A stretch of DNA of 64,000 bases from Candidatus Pelearchaeum maunauluense (GTDB taxonomy: Archaea > Thermoproteota > Nitrososphaeria_A > Caldarchaeales > Caldarchaeaceae). Of this stretch, positions 30,311-39,982 are shown piece by piece; position 1 is the stretch's first letter, and the number at the start of each line of letters is the position of its first letter. The stretch is taken from positions 288,001 through 352,000 of the forward strand of contig JANVYQ010000001.1 of NCBI GenBank assembly GCA_030059675.1. Direction: 5' to 3'. The position numbers and the translations under genes are program-made. The notes below the pieces were generated by a model that saw only the letters and a list, made by a program, of their open reading frames with translations, did no database searches and was not told where the DNA came from.

Positions 30311-31345
30311 TTGAGAATAGAGTACAGGCGGCTCCAGCTCTCGGCCATGGGTAGCTATCTCGTGACGATTCCGCGGCAGTGGGTTGAGGAGCTGGGCTGG
30401 GATAAGGGTACTAGGCTTGTGCTGTGCCTTGAGGGGGGTAGGATTACGATAGCGTCTGAGACCAGGTCGGCGCAGCCGCGTAGGTCTACGCACACGATAT
30501 ACATAGAGGACTTTCCAAACCGTAAGTTTCTGGAGCTATGCATAAACGCCTCCTACATACAGGGGAATGACGTAACTGAGATTCTCTCGCGCGAGAAGCT
30601 GAAGTCTGAGCATCGTAAGTGGATTCGCGACGCTCTGGATAGTGTTGTGGGTGCTGAGATTGCCGAGGAGTACTCGGATAGGGTTATACTCCAGAGCCTT
30701 GTTGACCCGCTGAAGTTCCATATCAACGCTGTGGTGAGCAGGTTCTCTGTGGTGGCTATGGCTGTTTATACCGACGCCGTGAAGGCTCTCTACATAGGAG
30801 ACCGCGACCTCGCGCTAGACGCTTATGAGCGGGGCAAGGACAGCGCGAAGCTCTACCGCCTCCTCATGAGGCAGGTCGTAGAATGCGCGCGGAACCCAGA
30901 GCTTGCGGCGCGTATGGAGATGCCAGACCCAGGTGAGGTGATAGTCATGGCGCTCACGGTGCGGGAGCTGAGCAGGATAGCATACTACGCCATGCGCATA
31001 GCAGAGCACGCGGCGGAGATAGCAGAGGCAGGCCTTGACGACGAGATACTAAACATAATCTCAGAAACACATGCCGCCGCTATGAGCCTGCATAGGAACG
31101 GGATGCAGGCACTGCAGGAGAAGAGCCTACATCTCGCGAGCAAGGTGATAGATGATATGGAAACGCTCCGCGAGCTGTTTGACAGGGGGCTGAGCTACAT
31201 CATGTCTGGGAAGCTCAAGCCAGAGGTGGCTAGGCACGTGTTGTTCATATTGAGGAACTTTAGGGCGATAGGTGGCTATGCTGTTGGGCTTGCCGACAAC
31301 GCGACGCTCAGAATATTCTCGCGGAGCGTTTCATCTGAACCTTAG
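30311..31345 (+). CDS. AbrB-PhoU fusion regulator
   Basis: RRLQ..GSYLVTIPRQWV N-terminus followed by two PhoU-like helical repeats. Confidence 0.85.
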   Translation: MRIEYRRLQLSAMGSYLVTIPRQWVEELGWDKGTRLVLCLEGGRITIASETRSAQPRRSTHTIYIEDFPNRKFLELCINASYIQGNDVTEILSREKLKSEHRKWIRDALDSVVGAEIAEEYSDRVILQSLVDPLKFHINAVVSRFSVVAMAVYTDAVKALYIGDRDLALDAYERGKDSAKLYRLLMRQVVECARNPELAARMEMPDPGEVIVMALTVRELSRIAYYAMRIAEHAAEIAEAGLDDEILNIISETHAAAMSLHRNGMQALQEKSLHLASKVIDDMETLRELFDRGLSYIMSGKLKPEVARHVLFILRNFRAIGGYAVGLADNATLRIFSRSVSSEP

Positions 31346-33223
31346 CAGGGGAAAAGCCAGAGCTATTATCGCGAGCGTTACCCCGTCATCACCCAGCACG
31401 CCTACCCAGAGGGGTATCAGACCAGCTATTCCAAGCGTGATGAGAGACAGCTTCAGCCCTATCGCGAGCAGTAGGTTTGCCTTGAGCGTCTTCACAAGCC
31501 TCCTGCTCAGCCTGATTAGATACTCAACTATGCGGAGGTCGTTCCCCATTAGGGCTACGTCGGCAGCCTCTATCGCTATGTCATTACCAGCAGTCCCCAC
31601 GGCTACGCCGACATCAGCGGCCGCCAACACTGCGGCGTCATTAACACCATCGCCAACCATCATCACTGGCCCATAACGCTGCCGAAGTTCCCTGACCACG
31701 CGAACCTTATCCTCTGGTAGTAGGCCAGCATAATACTCGTCTATCCCCAGATGCTCGGCCACCTCGCGCGCCGCGCGTTCGTCATCGCCCGTGAGCATGA
31801 CAACCGTAATGCCTAGGCGCTTAATCTTCTGAACAGCCTCACGCGCCTCTGGCCGCGGGGTGTCGGAGAGGCTTATCGTCCCAGCAAACCTGTTATTCAC
31901 GGCCACGTCAACGACTGAGCCGCGCAGCTCCTCATGAACCACGTGGCTATGGTTTGCCTGCGAATTCACGAATGAGTGGCGGCCAATCATTATCAGCTGG
32001 CCATCAGTTGTCAGGGCGCTCACACCCATCCCTGGCCTCTCCTCAACCTTCACATCGCCATGAAGGCTTATCCCGTTGGACTTTGCCGCCTCAACAATAG
32101 CATTAGCTATCGGATGCGTTGAGCGCGAGGCTGCCAGGGCTGAGAGCTTCAGAAGCTCCCTCTCGCTGAAGCCGCTTGTGGGCTTCACACCAACAACGCG
32201 GAGCACCCCCTTCGTTAATGTTCCAGTCTTGTCAAACGCAACGACGCGCGTGCGCGCCATCTCCTCCATGTATATCCCGCCCTTGACCAGTGAGGAGCTC
32301 CACATGGCGCGCGTGAGCCCCATCATCACGGTAACTGGTGTGGCTATCACGATTGCGCTTGGGCAGGCTATGACGAGTACGACCAGCGCCTTATACACCC
32401 ATGTCGTCAGGGGCTGGGCTAGCATTAGCGGCGGGACAACAGCTACGAGGGCTGCCAGAACAATAGTAGCTGGCGTGTAGTATCTGGAGAATCTATCTAT
32501 GAAGCGCTCCAGCCTAATCTTCTTCTCACGCGCCTCAATAACAAGCTTGGTTATCCTACTGACGGTGGAATCCCTGAACGGCTTCTCCGCAACAATCTCC
32601 AGCGAGCCCGTTAGGTTGAGCGTCCCAGAGAGAACCACATCCCCATGCTGCTTCTCAACTGGTATTGACTCGCCAGTTACTGTTGACTGGTCTATTGTGG
32701 AGCTTCCCGCCACGATACGGCCGTCAACTGGTATGCGCCAGCCAGGCTTGACAACAACGATGTCGCCGACCTCTATCTCCTCCACAGGTATCTCCTCAAC
32801 CTTGCCGCCGCGCTTGACGAGGGCGCGCTGGGGGAGGAGCGACGCCATCCGCCGCGTAATGTTCCTAACCTTATCAACGGTATAGTCTTCTAGCGTCTCG
32901 GCGAAGTGGTAGAGTATCAGGACGGCCGCGCCCTCTTCATAGAAGCCTATGGCAGCCGCTCCCACCGCGGCGGTGAGCATGAGAACATCGGTGTTGAACG
33001 GGTTGCTCCTAAGCCTGCGCACAGCATCATAAGCAACGGGGACGGCCACCAGCAGGAGAGCAACACCAGCCAGGAAATGCTCTAAAACCCCGCCAACACT
33101 ACTCCAGATTAGTATGAGTGCCATGAATAGGAAGCCTGATGCCACTATAGCTATCCAGAGTCTAGGCGATAGACCGCCATGACCAGCCCCATCACTCCCG
33201 CTACTATCCACGTCGCCAGTCAA
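31331..33223 (-). CDS. Heavy-metal P1B-type ATPase (Zn/Cd-like), no N-terminal metal-binding domain
   Basis: TGES, CPSA in the CPx position, DKTGT, HP, MVGDGVNDA, K in TM7 and DDG in TM8. Confidence 0.92.
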   Translation of the reverse strand: MTGDVDSSGSDGAGHGGLSPRLWIAIVASGFLFMALILIWSSVGGVLEHFLAGVALLLVAVPVAYDAVRRLRSNPFNTDVLMLTAAVGAAAIGFYEEGAAVLILYHFAETLEDYTVDKVRNITRRMASLLPQRALVKRGGKVEEIPVEEIEVGDIVVVKPGWRIPVDGRIVAGSSTIDQSTVTGESIPVEKQHGDVVLSGTLNLTGSLEIVAEKPFRDSTVSRITKLVIEAREKKIRLERFIDRFSRYYTPATIVLAALVAVVPPLMLAQPLTTWVYKALVVLVIACPSAIVIATPVTVMMGLTRAMWSSSLVKGGIYMEEMARTRVVAFDKTGTLTKGVLRVVGVKPTSGFSERELLKLSALAASRSTHPIANAIVEAAKSNGISLHGDVKVEERPGMGVSALTTDGQLIMIGRHSFVNSQANHSHVVHEELRGSVVDVAVNNRFAGTISLSDTPRPEAREAVQKIKRLGITVVMLTGDDERAAREVAEHLGIDEYYAGLLPEDKVRVVRELRQRYGPVMMVGDGVNDAAVLAAADVGVAVGTAGNDIAIEAADVALMGNDLRIVEYLIRLSRRLVKTLKANLLLAIGLKLSLITLGIAGLIPLWVGVLGDDGVTLAIIALAFPLLRFR

Positions 33224-33312
33224 ATTATATGCCAGAAACTAATCATACAAATCTATGCTATAAGGTTTAAGTTGATAATGATAATCAAACTATAGCGTGG
33301 TGAAAGAATATA

Positions 33313-34166
33313 ATGGTATCGGAGATTCTTGTTAGGTATGTTTTAAATAAGCATGAAAGACGTGATAGCTGGTTTTTAGATGATTATTCTCTTAATCCCT
33401 ATAAGCTATGTTAGGGGAAGTAAATACGGAGAGAATATGGGCAATGAGCTGGCCGTTAAGATTAACGCTCCTCTTCTCCTAAGTAAGGAGCTCACAAGAT
33501 TAGCAGCTAGAAACAAATATGGAATAATCGCTATAGGAACAGCTACAGAGCCTTGGATGAAGATAGAAGAAAAATACAAAATAACTAGAGCTTGTCTTGA
33601 GATGATCGCCAAGCATAGATTCCCAGTTCACTGCCTAACAAAATCACCTATAATTCTAAGAGATTTAGACTTGTTGAGAGAAATAGATGAATATGCTATA
33701 CTTCCTTACAACTTGAAAGAACAACTTAATCATAGAAGTATGATAACGATATCTCTATCAACGTTGGATGATTCTGTCGCAGCTATCTTTGAACCAGGCG
33801 CTCCTAAACCAACTGACCGGCTTAAGCTTTTGGGAAAAATTAAGGACGCTGGCATCTATGCTGGCATAGCTTATATCCTGTATTACCATTCATCTCAGAT
33901 TCTGATGAACAGTTAGACGAGATGTGAAGACAGCCAAGGACTCTAATGCTGATTATGTTCTCATAGGTGCATTAACGCTATATGGCGTTGGTAAGAAACT
34001 TTACTATAAACTTCTGGAAAGAAACTATCCAGAGCTACTTCCAAAATACAGAAAGTTATTCAAGCTTTTCAACCAACCACCAAAAAGTTATCAACTAACT
34101 CTGGAGAGGAAAGCAAAAATAATATGTGAGAAATATGGAATTAAGCATAGGCTTGTTAATCTTTAG
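33313..34166 (+). pseudogene. Radical SAM (SplB/Rv2578c-like) pseudogene
   Basis: MVSEILV...DSWFLDDYSLNPY then a frame change to YVRGSKYG with the CxxxCxxC region missing; GTATEPW, LTKS, FEPGAP; further breaks near 33880-33925; AT-rich. Confidence 0.75.
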
Positions 34167-34446
34167 TTACGTATATAGCATATAGAACTAACGCAAATCC
34201 TACAGCAGTTATTAACGCTTCTATTGTATGTGCAGCGACTAAACTATATTGAAAGAATTCAGATAATATGCCCTCTATTACCGCTCCTAACGTTATGAGT
34301 AGAAAAGCAACTGATAACACCACGAATGGAGGCTTGTTAGCTATCTTCTTCCTCGCCTGGTAGCTTATGTAAACTAGAATAAGCCCCGCAACGACGAGAG
34401 CCAGACGAGCTATAACGAGAGCTATGTGAAACGACATAATGCGCAC
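34156..34446 (-). CDS. Small 3-TM membrane protein
   Basis: ISYQAR...AFLLITLGAVIEG...GFALVLYAIY; paralogous to 35060-35266. Confidence 0.65.
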   Translation of the reverse strand: MRIMSFHIALVIARLALVVAGLILVYISYQARKKIANKPPFVVLSVAFLLITLGAVIEGILSEFFQYSLVAAHTIEALITAVGFALVLYAIYVTKD

Positions 34447-34458
34447 CTTAGCATCATT

Positions 34459-34746
34459 TTACAGCCTCTCTAAGAGTCCAGCGCCAACGCACCGTAAGTA
34501 TTGCAGCGATAATATTAACATGAAGAGATGATCTAAGCTAGCAGTTTCTTGGAGAAACGATGTCTTGATATTTTCCAACAACTCCGTTGGTAGACAGCCT
34601 ATTATGAATAAGAGGAGTAATGTGGGGAAATCGTTTAAAATTCTCCTACCTTTTCTAGCTCTCTTGACCACCAAAGACAGTGAGAGTATTATGGCCAGTA
34701 TGAGAACAACCATGGTGGATATATAAAATATATCTTCAACCTGCAC
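34459..34746 (-). CDS. Small membrane protein (possibly damaged)
   Basis: Hydrophobic helices; in operon; AT-rich. Confidence 0.5.
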   Translation of the reverse strand: MQVEDIFYISTMVVLILAIILSLSLVVKRARKGRRILNDFPTLLLLFIIGCLPTELLENIKTSFLQETASLDHLFMLILSLQYLRCVGAGLLERL

Positions 34747-35011
34747 GGCCTAAACGCGCCTCAACATAACTATAATATAATACAACTAGGAGTATGAGGA
34801 GAGCAGATAACAGTTCAAGCAAGGACTTTAGAAGACTTTGCTCAACGAACGCGGCAAGATTGTAAAAGCCGTGTATAAATAGTCCCAACGCAAATAGTAG
34901 GGAGAGAATGAAAAACCGCCTATTAGAACTGTAGACCAACTTAGCTAAATAGAATGGTATTATTGAGGCATACCAAACAACTAAAGCGGTAGCAAGCTGG
35001 AAATAATCCAA
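34736..35011 (-). CDS. Small 3-TM membrane protein
   Basis: Hydrophobic with LFIHGFY motif; AGGTGA RBS. Confidence 0.6.
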   Translation of the reverse strand: MDYFQLATALVVWYASIIPFYLAKLVYSSNRRFFILSLLFALGLFIHGFYNLAAFVEQSLLKSLLELLSALLILLVVLYYSYVEARLGRAG

Positions 35012-35059
35012 CTACGTCACCTTTTCATCACTATGTCTTTCTGAAAGAGTATATGAGTA

Positions 35060-35266
35060 TTAGAAAGCAAGCTTATTTTTTAAGATTTCAAAGAGAAAGC
35101 CCTCTACGAGAGACCCTAGTGTTATTAGTCCAAATCCAAGTGATACAAATAGCATCATTCTGCTTTTTACCCTTCTATAAGCACCATAGCTTACTACTAC
35201 TATTATAATTCCGAGTATAAGCACGACAAGCTTAGCAAATGTGAGAAAAATTATTTCAGAAACCAT
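35060..35266 (-). CDS. Small membrane protein, probably C-terminally truncated
   Basis: SYGAYRR...GFGLITLGSLVEG; coupled by TAATG to the upstream wHTH gene. Confidence 0.6.
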   Translation of the reverse strand: MVSEIIFLTFAKLVVLILGIIIVVVSYGAYRRVKSRMMLFVSLGFGLITLGSLVEGFLFEILKNKLAF

Positions 35267-35569
35267 TATTCCTCTCCACTCCTTAGAGAGTAAAAGCGTC
35301 TAAATGCCTTATCAATTACACCTCTATTGGGCGTAGCCTCCACCTTCAAACCTTATAGTAACGCTGCTGAATGTGCTCCTGTATAGAGAATATTTCTTCC
35401 CATCTTTACTATGTTCTATACGCTCAATAGTTAGTATCCCCTGCTCTTTAAGCTCATTCATAATCCTAAAAGCAGTTGTGTAAGGAATATCACATTCTTT
35501 TATAAGCTCAATGACACTCTTCGCCCTCACAACTGTGCTGGCTATAATCTTAGATGGGGAGTAGGACAT
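35266..35569 (-). pseudogene. Winged-HTH regulator, N-terminally truncated and frameshifted
   Basis: KSVIELIKECDIPYTTAFRIMNELKEQGIL...DGKKYSLYRS; the C-terminus VEATPNRGVIDK...EE* is in another frame. Confidence 0.7.
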
Positions 35570-35863
35570 GAATTCATGGTGGTAAAGGATAAGGATGCAA
35601 TGCTGACGGAGATAAGAGACACGGTAAATGAATTAAAAGCGCAAGGACTTGATGAAGAAGATATTGAGGGCTCGCATGAAATACACGAGATACATGAGAA
35701 ATATGCTGAGGAAGACGTTGCTGTGGAGCCTGGAGAAACTAAAACTTTCTTCCTAAAGTTTGACGCTCCAGGAACTTACTCCTACCTATGTACAGAGTTG
35801 GCAGCAACATTTCCAGATACTCATGCAGATGAGGGAATGGTTGGCAAAATAGTAGTTGAATAA
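35567..35863 (+). pseudogene. Cupredoxin (plastocyanin/azurin-like) lacking its N-terminus
   Basis: HEFMVV in frame upstream of the ATG, VEPGET, PGTYSYLC-x10-H-x4-M-GKIVVE type-1 Cu ligands; His/Glu-rich loop. Confidence 0.75.
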
Positions 35864-35989
35864 TAAAACAACTACTTTTCCTATTATCTTTTTATTCTCC
35901 AATGCATGATTATTAATGAAGTCTTGAGAGTGTGAATGCTTGCTCTAGGTGATGAATGTTCTTCATAGGTTTTGGAGGTGTGGCATCCT

Positions 35990-36601
35990 ATGAAAATGAA
36001 ATATTTAATCCCGTTGGTTGCAGCTGTGGTGGCGCTTGCTGTAGTAGGAGCTTTCTTAGCTCTTCAAGCTCTCTCAACCCCCTCATATACGCCATCAATA
36101 GAGATAGCAGGCAACCAGAAGCTCGAAGACTTCACCCTCATAGACCAGTATGAGAGAGAGTTTAGGCTCTTCTCCGTCAAGGGCAAGGTTGTCCTCCTAT
36201 ACTTCAGCTATACCAACTGCCCAGACGTATGCCCACTTGTCATGAGCAAATACGCATACCTGGCAGAGAAGCTGGGCCCAGACATAGACAAGGTTGCCAT
36301 GATACTCGTGACGACAGACCCTGAGCGCGACTCCCCAGAGGTTCTCCGCGAGTATGTTGAGCGCTACACGCCGAAGATAATCGCCCTAACTGGGCCGCGT
36401 GAGGTTCTGGAGAAGGTCTGGTACGACTATGGCATAGCCGCGAAGGCCGAGAAGCCGCAGGAGGAGGGAGGCCAGTACTTCGTAGCGCATACTGCGCTGG
36501 TCATAGTGGCTGACAAGAATATGGTTATGCGCTTTGCCTTCACGCCAGAGATGCCGCCAGAAGAGTATTTGCAGGGTGTAAAGTATCTCCTGAGCCAGTA
36601 G
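35990..36601 (+). CDS. SCO1/SenC copper chaperone
   Basis: N-terminal TM, YTNCPDVCP, DPERD, conserved His (VAHT). Confidence 0.92.
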   Translation: MKMKYLIPLVAAVVALAVVGAFLALQALSTPSYTPSIEIAGNQKLEDFTLIDQYEREFRLFSVKGKVVLLYFSYTNCPDVCPLVMSKYAYLAEKLGPDIDKVAMILVTTDPERDSPEVLREYVERYTPKIIALTGPREVLEKVWYDYGIAAKAEKPQEEGGQYFVAHTALVIVADKNMVMRFAFTPEMPPEEYLQGVKYLLSQ

Positions 36602-36603
36602 CC

Positions 36604-37149
36604 ATGTTGCGGAGGCTGAGCATCCCAGTACTGGCCGCCTCGTCCCTGGGATACCTAGCCTTCTACATCTTCTTCACAGGAACAGCCCAATACCTAACAA
36701 CGCCAGCATACGGGATAGAGGGAATACACGTCAAGCTTATGAGCATAGAGACGCAGACATACACAGGCCCCATACTCCAGCTCATAGGCGATGGATACCT
36801 GATAACGGTCAGGCTTGTTCCAGCAGCTATAGGCGCTGTCCTAGCAGCGCTGGTCGGCGTCAATGTCTCTATACTCTGGTATCTCTATCGCGCGAGGAGC
36901 CTCAAGGCATGTCTATTGGGGGGCGGTGCTGGTGGTGCTGGAGCGCTGATAGCAAACCTGGCCTGCTTCTCCTACCTCTGCTGCGGATGGGCGCCATCAC
37001 TCATAATACTCGGAACCGCCTTCACCGCAGCCTTCGGAACAGCAATCTCAGCAATAGCCATAGCCCTACTCACGCTAAACGCCATAATCCTCGCAAAGAG
37101 GATGAACGCGATAACCACACCCGGAGTAAACGCTAATTTAGAGGCATAA
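36604..37149 (+). CDS. Membrane protein with C-x4-CC motif, SCO-associated
   Basis: About 4 TM; LACFSYLCCGWAP. Confidence 0.6.
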   Translation: MLRRLSIPVLAASSLGYLAFYIFFTGTAQYLTTPAYGIEGIHVKLMSIETQTYTGPILQLIGDGYLITVRLVPAAIGAVLAALVGVNVSILWYLYRARSLKACLLGGGAGGAGALIANLACFSYLCCGWAPSLIILGTAFTAAFGTAISAIAIALLTLNAIILAKRMNAITTPGVNANLEA

Positions 37150-37169
37150 CAACCAAGAAGAGGCTGCAC

Positions 37170-38054
37170 ATGCCCAAGATAGGTGGAGTAATAACAGCAA
37201 TACTAACACCGTTCAACGAAGACGGCAGACCAAACGAGAAGGCGATAGGCGGCCTTCTTGACTATATCCTAGCTGGAGGTATTGACGGTCTATACATACT
37301 CGGAACAACAGGCTTGGGCCCCTTGATGAGCGTTGAGGAGCGTAAGCTGATTGCTGAGGCTATGGTAACGACGGCGGGCAAGCGGGTTGTGCGCATAATT
37401 CACGTAGGCGGTCTGGTCGTGCAGGATATCCTCAGCCTCGCGCGCCACGCAGAGCAGATAGGAGCGGACGCGGTGGCATGTCTAACCCCATTCTACTACC
37501 ACCTAGACACCAAAGCCCTAGAAGAGTTCTACGCCAAGATAGCGGGGGCAACCTCTCTCCCAATCCTACTATACAACATACCCCAGAACACTGGCTACAA
37601 CATAAAACCAGAAACCATCGCAGCTATTGTTGAGCGCGTCCCAAGCGTGGCGGGGATAAAAGACTCCAGCGGAATCCTAGCCCAGCTTATGGAGACTCAG
37701 TACCTCCTCGGTAATAGCTTCGCAGTCCTCAATGGAAGCGACAGGCTTGTCCTCCCGACGCTTGCCGCAGGCCTGGCAGGCTCGGTAACCGCGTTGAGCA
37801 ACGTGGCGCCCAAGCTGGTCAAGGATATAGACACAGCCTACAGGAGTGGAGACCACGCCAAAGCCCTGCAAAACCAGCGAAACGTAGCCCAGCTCGCCAA
37901 CGCCCTAGGAGAAAAACTAATCCCAGCCCTCTACACACTCCTCAACAACAAAGGCATAAACGTAGGAAAGCCCAAGCCACCCCTCACACCCCTCAAAAAA
38001 CAAGAAGAACAGGAAATCCTCCAGAAAACCAGCAAAATCCCAATAGAAACTTAA
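37170..38054 (+). CDS. DHDPS/NAL-family class I aldolase
   Basis: LGTTG, LLYNIPQNTG, Schiff-base motif GIKDSSG. Confidence 0.88.
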   Translation: MPKIGGVITAILTPFNEDGRPNEKAIGGLLDYILAGGIDGLYILGTTGLGPLMSVEERKLIAEAMVTTAGKRVVRIIHVGGLVVQDILSLARHAEQIGADAVACLTPFYYHLDTKALEEFYAKIAGATSLPILLYNIPQNTGYNIKPETIAAIVERVPSVAGIKDSSGILAQLMETQYLLGNSFAVLNGSDRLVLPTLAAGLAGSVTALSNVAPKLVKDIDTAYRSGDHAKALQNQRNVAQLANALGEKLIPALYTLLNNKGINVGKPKPPLTPLKKQEEQEILQKTSKIPIET

Positions 38055-38087
38055 AATAAACCAAAAGACAAAACGCAAAGGAGAACA

Positions 38088-38222
38088 CCCGCGGTAGCTC
38101 AGCCTGGTAGAGCGCCCGGCTGTAGAAGGCCAGCCCCATGGCTGAGCCAAAGGAACAGCACTACCAGGCACAAAAATACGGAAACCGGGTGGTCGCAGGT
38201 TCAAATCCTGCCCGCGGGACCA
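38088..38222 (+). tRNA. tRNA-Tyr (GTA) with a 58-nt intron at 37/38 (38126-38183) and encoded CCA
   Basis: Acceptor stem CCCGCGG/CCGCGGG, CCCGG-CTGTAG..A-CCGGG anticodon arm, GCAGGTTCAAATCCTGC; central helix CTGT/ACGG with 3-nt bulges. Confidence 0.92.
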
Positions 38223-38310
38223 ATAATAACATCCACCCCCTCTTTACCATGCCCTGAAGGGCCTGCCATGCGTATTTTCTTCTGAAAAATGGCTGGGCGT
38301 GTAGCCTCTA

Positions 38311-38348
38311 TATAGGCAGAAATGCCTATATAGGCAAAAATGCCTATA
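38311..38348. promoter_or_regulatory. Tandem palindromic operator-like repeat upstream of ATPase-wHTH gene
   Basis: Two overlapping copies of TATAGGCA-(G/A)AAA-TGCCTATA with 18-bp period. Confidence 0.6.
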
Positions 38349-38366
38349 CACTGTTAAGGAACGGTC

Positions 38367-39545
38367 TTGGTTGCTGTCCCTCCCTTTGTTGTGGGCAAGC
38401 CAGTTACAGGCGAGCACTTCATAGACCGCGAGCATGAGCTGCGGAGGTTATGGTCTCTGGTCGTGGGTCTTAGGAGCAGGGCTTCAAGCAACGCGGCGCT
38501 AATAGGTCTCCGCCGAACAGGGAAGACATCAATACTGGAGAACCTAATGATAATGCTGGAGAAGGAGAGAGACATTCTCCCAGTCCTGATAAGCTGCTAT
38601 GGGTTGCCCAGTCGGAGCAGACTTGCTAAAATGCTCGTTGATTGTGCTATCCGGATATACGTGGAGAAGACTAGCGATAACATATACTTGAAGAGGATTA
38701 GTAAGATTGTTAAGTCAGGTGCGAGGGAGCTTTTACAGAGGGTCAGCGAGGTAAAGCTGTATGACCTTCATGTCAGGCTCAAGAATCCTGCGGCGGATGA
38801 GAACCAGCTTGTTGAAGAGGCTCTCAACTACATAGAGACATTAGCACATGAGAAGAGTGTATTCTTCGTCATCATGTTGGACGAGTTTCAAGAGATGCTG
38901 AGATGGGGGCAGCTTTTCCTAAAGAGGCTTAGAACAGTCATGCAGGCTCAAAAGCGGGTCTGCTACATACTCGCAGGCTCCGCACCAACCGTGATGAAGA
39001 AGCTAGTCCTAGACAGAAGGTCGCCGTTCTACAGGCAGCTTGTAGAGATTCCCGTAGGCAGGCTCGACGGAGATGTTGTAAGGAAGTTCGTGAAGGAGAG
39101 GCTAGCCAGGGCGGGGCTCATCCCAGAGGATAATGCAATAGAACTCTTCGTGGAATATTGTGATGGCTATCCTGACTATGTGCAGCGCCTAGGGCTGGAG
39201 ATATATCTCCAGTCCAGCCCAGGGGACAGGATAACACGTGAAGACGTGAGACTGGCGTACAACAACATGCTTCTATCACTAACCAGCGAGTTTGAGGCGT
39301 TGCTACAGGAGCTCTCACCGCTTGAGAGGGAGGTGATGATAGCGGTAGCCATAGGTAAGTCAAGAACAAGCCAGATAGCTCGCGAGGTCAGGAAACCTAT
39401 CACGAACATCTCCAAGACGCTTGCTACGCTTGTTAGCTATGGCCTACTAGAGAAAATATCCGAGGGGCAGTTCAGGCAGGCAGACCCAGTTCTGGCTGAC
39501 TGGCTGAGAAGCCGATTTACACCACTCGCCGAGAGGCTGGCATAA
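38367..39545 (+). CDS. Archaeal AAA/STAND-like ATPase with C-terminal wHTH
   Basis: PFVVGKPV..FIDREHEL, GLRRTGKTS, IMLDEFQE, LAGS, GYPDY, DPVLADW. Confidence 0.87.
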   Translation: MVAVPPFVVGKPVTGEHFIDREHELRRLWSLVVGLRSRASSNAALIGLRRTGKTSILENLMIMLEKERDILPVLISCYGLPSRSRLAKMLVDCAIRIYVEKTSDNIYLKRISKIVKSGARELLQRVSEVKLYDLHVRLKNPAADENQLVEEALNYIETLAHEKSVFFVIMLDEFQEMLRWGQLFLKRLRTVMQAQKRVCYILAGSAPTVMKKLVLDRRSPFYRQLVEIPVGRLDGDVVRKFVKERLARAGLIPEDNAIELFVEYCDGYPDYVQRLGLEIYLQSSPGDRITREDVRLAYNNMLLSLTSEFEALLQELSPLEREVMIAVAIGKSRTSQIAREVRKPITNISKTLATLVSYGLLEKISEGQFRQADPVLADWLRSRFTPLAERLA

Positions 39546-39982
39546 CTACGGCATACCAAGGAGGGTGGGCGCAGTAGGCAATATAGCCCCCTGCGCGATG
39601 GCCAACGTTGTGTAGGACAGCATAGTTTTCCAGTTTACGGCGTTTGAACATATTGTTGAGATTTTTTGGAGGCGTTCCTACTTATATTCGCCCAATAACA
39701 TGGGGAGGCTTATGATAGGTGCTCGGAGGAATCTAGGCTCGTTGGATTTTCTGCTGATTCTAGCCCTGTCTTCTCGGCTCCTACTCACTCTACTAGCCAT
39801 GCCAGCGCTGGCTGATCATTCCCAGGCGAGCGCGCGTGCGATGTTGGGCTAAAAGAAGTTCTTCGGAGGCGAGAACCCAGGCCTCGGCCTTAAAAAATGC
39901 CACCCAACAACGGCGGGCAATCAGAAATGAACCTAGCAGGCGAGCTGATTGAAGACTATGAAAGCGCATGCCACATTGAGGA

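Noticed and set aside
39546-39982. Long intergenic gap as ncRNA or gene
   Set aside because: No convincing ORF, box motifs or stable structure recognised; probably remnant sequence
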